Shown: piece after piece, positions 21,501 to 24,215 of the stretch | Numbering within the stretch: position 1 is the stretch's first letter | Layout: every line of letters begins with the position of its first letter | Virus record (IMG/VR): IMGVR_UViG_3300009773_000011 | Coordinates: 1 to 24,215 of that record | Origin: a virus | Taxonomy: Duplodnaviria; Caudoviricetes | Strand: one strand, 5' to 3' | Length of the DNA stretch: 24,215 nucleotides | Translations under genes and position numbers: made by a program | The notes under the pieces: model-generated | What the model was told of the DNA's origin: nothing | Databases searched by the model: none | What the model saw: only the letters and a program-made list of their open reading frames with translations

Positions 21501-24215
21501 GGAGCCTGTTCGCCACATCCTCCCCGTAAGCCATGACGATGACCGCACGGTTCAGTTTAATCCCGCCATCTGATACAGGTCTGGACATTTCTTCCAATGC
21601 CCTGTAAACAGGCATGTTCTCAACTTCCCGTGTCACCTCTTTACGGGCATCCTTCAACTGCTGTTTCTTGAGGTTCTTCCATGCCTTCTTTGTTGTCCTC
21701 ATGGCCTTATTGAACAGGGAACGCCATGCCTCTTCGTGAGCCTCGTCAGCGGTAGCCCGTTGACCCTCAATAACATCGTCAGGAAGCATGTCCGTTCCTA
21801 TCGCCTCAAGGAAGGAATCATACCTGTTGCGGGTCTCCGCCTCCGTGATCTCTTCTTCTGTCGCAAGCATCCGGTCAAATACCCCGCGTATATCGTCGTT
21901 CATATCCACATTAAGGTAACGAACATGAGCATAGATGCTTGTGAGCCACTTCTTGAACGATTCAAAGGCTTTACGGAGAGCGGATGACGGAGCGTTCCCT
22001 TCCATTAGATATGCCTCAAAGCCACGGGCAAACTTCTCGTGCTGTTCATTGGTCAGGGGTTTCCCTTTTTCCGCACCGAGCCAGTCAAGAATAGTCTCGT
22101 AATCCCTTACGACCCATGCAGGAGCGTTCTTCTGTCGGGCTATCTGTTCAATATCCTTCAGGAACAAATGCCCTGATTCATGGAGGAAGGTGGACATATC
22201 CGATGCCTGAATGAGGCGTATGATAGCCCTCGTATCAGACAGGTCGATGCTGCCACGGTTCTCCTGATAGTACGTGTTCAGTATCTGTATAGCCTCGTCA
22301 TCGAAAATAACGTAGTTGTAGGAGCCTTCACCCTTTGAGCGTGAAGTCCCGTCAAGGTACTTGATACCCTTGATGCCGAGGGAGTTGAGGTATTTGGATG
22401 CGGATTCTTCTATGTTGGGTGTTTGTAACCTATAGGGATTACGTTCATCTTTCCCCAGTTCCCTGTAAAGAGACTGCCCTGATAAGTTTTCTCCAGGCTT
22501 GCCTCCCCGAAGTCTTGCCACATCTTCCTTATTTAAACGGAATGAAAAACCATCAGCAGTATCAAGGAAATATTTAACAAATTCTCCGTCATCCTCTATT
22601 CGGAGCGTTGACCCGTTGTTTAATTTTTCCCCATTTACAGGTGGTTCCATCTCTTTTTCTGAATAATTAAGAGATGCCAACGCTTTCCTTACATTCTCAC
22701 TCTGCTCGCTCAACGGCTTATCCCAATCAAGCAGGACATCATCGTTGGGGATATCCACCTCGTAGAGTTGACCCGATTCTGTTAATTCAAATCCTGATTC
22801 TTGAAGATATTTCAATTCCTTTTTTATTGATTTTAAATTCTCTTCCTTGTCCATTAGGACACCTAATTCGTATGACTCAGGAGAGTGTGTATTAGGGTTC
22901 TTTATGGCATTATTAATATCTTGTAAAGCCTTGCGATAATTGAACTCATGGTCTTTGAGGATGTTTAAAGAAGATTCTTCATCGCCGTCTAAATTAAACC
23001 AAGAAGCACCATCAGTGTTTTCCTTGAACGCCCACCCATTATTTGTATGTTGGTATAAATCGCCGTTCTCATTCTTAAGCCAAAACGATTCTTCTTGTAA
23101 TCTTTCCCTATACCACTCCGCTACATCCTTCTCCCCTGCGAAGTACAGTCCCCATCCGTATGCCTGTGCACCCTCGCCCGTGCCGATGTGGTCAAGCGTG
23201 AACTTGTCGAACCTGTGTGGCGAACCGTGATAGGCAGGCTGATGATAAATATTCGCATCGTCCGGGTTCCACGTTCCCTCGTTGTTGATGGATTTGATCT
23301 GCGTGGGGGAGAAGACGATATATTCGGTTTCAACACCACCATCTGTGATGATTACTCCGTCGTATCCAAGGTTTTTCATGGTATCCTGATTTACCCCACT
23401 CATGGGAATATCCTTACGCTCAAAGATGTAGGGATTTTGCATTGTTAAATAGACTGAGTAAACCTGTCTGCCCCAGCCATCCCCACGTTTTTGCTGTAGG
23501 TTAATATACGTGTTTGCCCTATCTGGATTAGGAGTGAAGTAAAATCCTCTCCCTGCTTGTCCTTGTTTCTGTTTGTTGGTATCAAATATTTCTATACCTT
23601 CTGTAGCACTCCCGTGATACACCACCAACGGCTTGCCCTCTTCGTCAACGACCTTCGAGTCACCGAACCATTTGTAGAAGTTGTCGTTCAGTTCTATCGT
23701 GCCATCCTGCCCGTAGGTGATGCCGTCCTGTGAATACTGCTTTACCCGGTCGCCCACCAGGAAGCGGAACAGTTCATTATCGTCCTCCGCACCCGTGAAG
23801 TTCTCTAATAACTGTACTGCTTTGTCGAGGTGCAATCCGCCTTCCTTAGCAAACATCTTGGGACCTATCGCCTTACGTAACCTCCGCGCTTCTTCTATAC
23901 CGAAGGTGGCGACAATGGACTTGTAATCAAGTCTTCCGTTCTTCCGTATCACATCAAGTGCATCTTTACGCCTTGTTTTATCCTCTTCCATAAGAGAATT
24001 GATTTCCTCAAGGTAAGCCGCTTCCGCCTGTTTGGATGATTCCGTATCGGTTACTACAACACCCTGTGTACTCTCCTGTGCCACCTCAAAGTCGGCGGGA
24101 TCAAAGCGTACCCCTTCCGCATCCGCTATTTCAGGACGTATCTTCGTTCCCGTCTTCTCCGTCAGTTTCGGAGAATAACCAGTTATGCTCAAGCCCACTT
24201 TTGCAAGCCATCTCA
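18586..24215 (-). CDS. Giant polyvalent virion/ejection protein, 5' end outside window (>1870 aa)
   Basis: Frame is open to the window edge. ART-like domain 1 (WFGDSKVVDEEGKPLVVYHGS...GFYFT...GYDGV..EYIVF, ~23245-23680); ART-like domain 2 (AYHGSPH...GWGLYFA...GIKYLD...NYVIFD, ~22270-23240); zincin-like HESGH...HEKFARGFE (~21860-22260); long helical C-terminus. Confidence 0.88.
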   Translation of the reverse strand, partial: RWLAKVGLSITGYSPKLTEKTGTKIRPEIADAEGVRFDPADFEVAQESTQGVVVTDTESSKQAEAAYLEEINSLMEEDKTRRKDALDVIRKNGRLDYKSIVATFGIEEARRLRKAIGPKMFAKEGGLHLDKAVQLLENFTGAEDDNELFRFLVGDRVKQYSQDGITYGQDGTIELNDNFYKWFGDSKVVDEEGKPLVVYHGSATEGIEIFDTNKQKQGQAGRGFYFTPNPDRANTYINLQQKRGDGWGRQVYSVYLTMQNPYIFERKDIPMSGVNQDTMKNLGYDGVIITDGGVETEYIVFSPTQIKSINNEGTWNPDDANIYHQPAYHGSPHRFDKFTLDHIGTGEGAQAYGWGLYFAGEKDVAEWYRERLQEESFWLKNENGDLYQHTNNGWAFKENTDGASWFNLDGDEESSLNILKDHEFNYRKALQDINNAIKNPNTHSPESYELGVLMDKEENLKSIKKELKYLQESGFELTESGQLYEVDIPNDDVLLDWDKPLSEQSENVRKALASLNYSEKEMEPPVNGEKLNNGSTLRIEDDGEFVKYFLDTADGFSFRLNKEDVARLRGGKPGENLSGQSLYRELGKDERNPYRLQTPNIEESASKYLNSLGIKGIKYLDGTSRSKGEGSYNYVIFDDEAIQILNTYYQENRGSIDLSDTRAIIRLIQASDMSTFLHESGHLFLKDIEQIARQKNAPAWVVRDYETILDWLGAEKGKPLTNEQHEKFARGFEAYLMEGNAPSSALRKAFESFKKWLTSIYAHVRYLNVDMNDDIRGVFDRMLATEEEITEAETRNRYDSFLEAIGTDMLPDDVIEGQRATADEAHEEAWRSLFNKAMRTTKKAWKNLKKQQLKDARKEVTREVENMPVYRALEEMSRPVSDGGIKLNRAVIVMAYGEDVANRLPKKIMSQKGAYNADMAAEFFGYNSGEQMIRDILEAQPKRQKIKELTEARVSDWNAMIEGGDMAGQAEREIRNGTRIDTIIAEISILRQIAQGVEKDNIKIERADALRRKEAVRLAIESAVASMHPDKLNVGRYFRLEQKAIRDAFRAMEKGDYEAAAGFKEQQLVNHQMAITVMKEKAAIDKISKKLRGLEKKPPKGLPIEYLDQLDALFARVSMKRLSDKKLSEIKKLSAWISGQEDESLVAAIPERLRQESYKTNVKDMTVQELHEFANAVANIIHLGRLKGKLLTSKTARDLEATVDMLVASKEKAIGEKGKPKRPLHPAKGQQLKDWLGAFNAWHLKIEFLCRVLDDFKDTGPWQEYIHQVFVDADQTETLLKEQAYGKLREILSVYSDDEWHDLQHRRRHFAAIGQELTKEDVLTLALNMGAKENRERVLNPKGTWGWTERQVWEVLDILDERDWQVVQDIWDHLETFWPAIEQLHVETAGFRPGKKEVLPVKTKYGVLRGGYYPIAYDSNQSFKAAQLSDKKLHESFNKGYSAFGHTNQGHTKEAVETTGLPLRLGFNVLNRHLADMLHDLAFRKAVIDIGKILRHDRVRDAVIDAFGLDGYRQFVSWHKAVASTRRDLFDPFAAAIKKARYGATIVAMGFKASVIVAQFLGYFTSAHLVGTGQMVISLVDFMSNPQDMWNDTLSKSDFMRHRKEGFDRDAKDALERMIGRDGLVRKVNVAALHAIGWADMMVSVPTWQAAYTKALSEGISGDRAVAYADGMVRKSQGSGHTYSLAAVQRGDQFGEFQKLFTMYYSFFSVLYNLMYSEVKYAQLKGVQPMKVAAAAFYLVIAPALLGELMTMRGPDDDEDPLTWAALEMLGYIASPVVGVRDISSYALLNYNYRFTPVSEVTKSLGNLIKDVKEAVIEWDDSDEWLDILKSGYEAAGYITPFPSRQTQITAEGLYDWWRDDKDFRVSDVLYWRKK

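Noticed and set aside
1-24215. Stop-codon reassignment (TGA readthrough) genome-wide
   Set aside because: Many genes end cleanly at TGA, TAA or TAG with coupled downstream starts, and long genes are intact under the standard code.
1-24215. tRNA, rRNA, IS element, integrase or att site
   Set aside because: None recognisable by eye; a tRNAscan/Infernal/ISfinder run would be needed to exclude them formally.

Overview
A 24.2-kb segment of a tailed dsDNA phage or prophage-derived genome with almost every gene on the minus strand. Right half, in transcription order: a 5'-truncated giant polyvalent virion protein (two ADP-ribosyltransferase-like domains plus an HExxH metallopeptidase), LamG-like and collagen-repeat tail-fibre genes, and a lysis region (GH73 glucosaminidase, M15A peptidase, XhlA-like protein, holin, spanin-like pair) that is interrupted by a metallophosphoesterase and an amino-methyltransferase. 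Left half: an early operon from a Cro-like gene through a Cas4/RecB-like nuclease, putative ssDNA-annealing protein, replication initiator with iteron-like repeats, C5 methyltransferase, DnaB-like helicase, small accessory ORFs and an SLT transglycosylase. Where a lysogeny module would be expected (8583-9446), a lambda-like divergent promoter/operator switch survives, but the repressor ORF breaks off after about 12 codons and no integrase is visible. In its place is a gap-free tiling of about 28-bp palindromes followed by a second palindrome/12-mer cluster. Their translations resemble motifs I recognise from inside DinD-, RhuM-, Bro-N- and Fic/AlbA-type genes, suggesting a DNA decoy (operator-mimic) array. 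Other highlights are a dual-frame C5-MTase and a short antisense RNA unit in the early operon. All family assignments come from motif recognition by eye, not from database searches.
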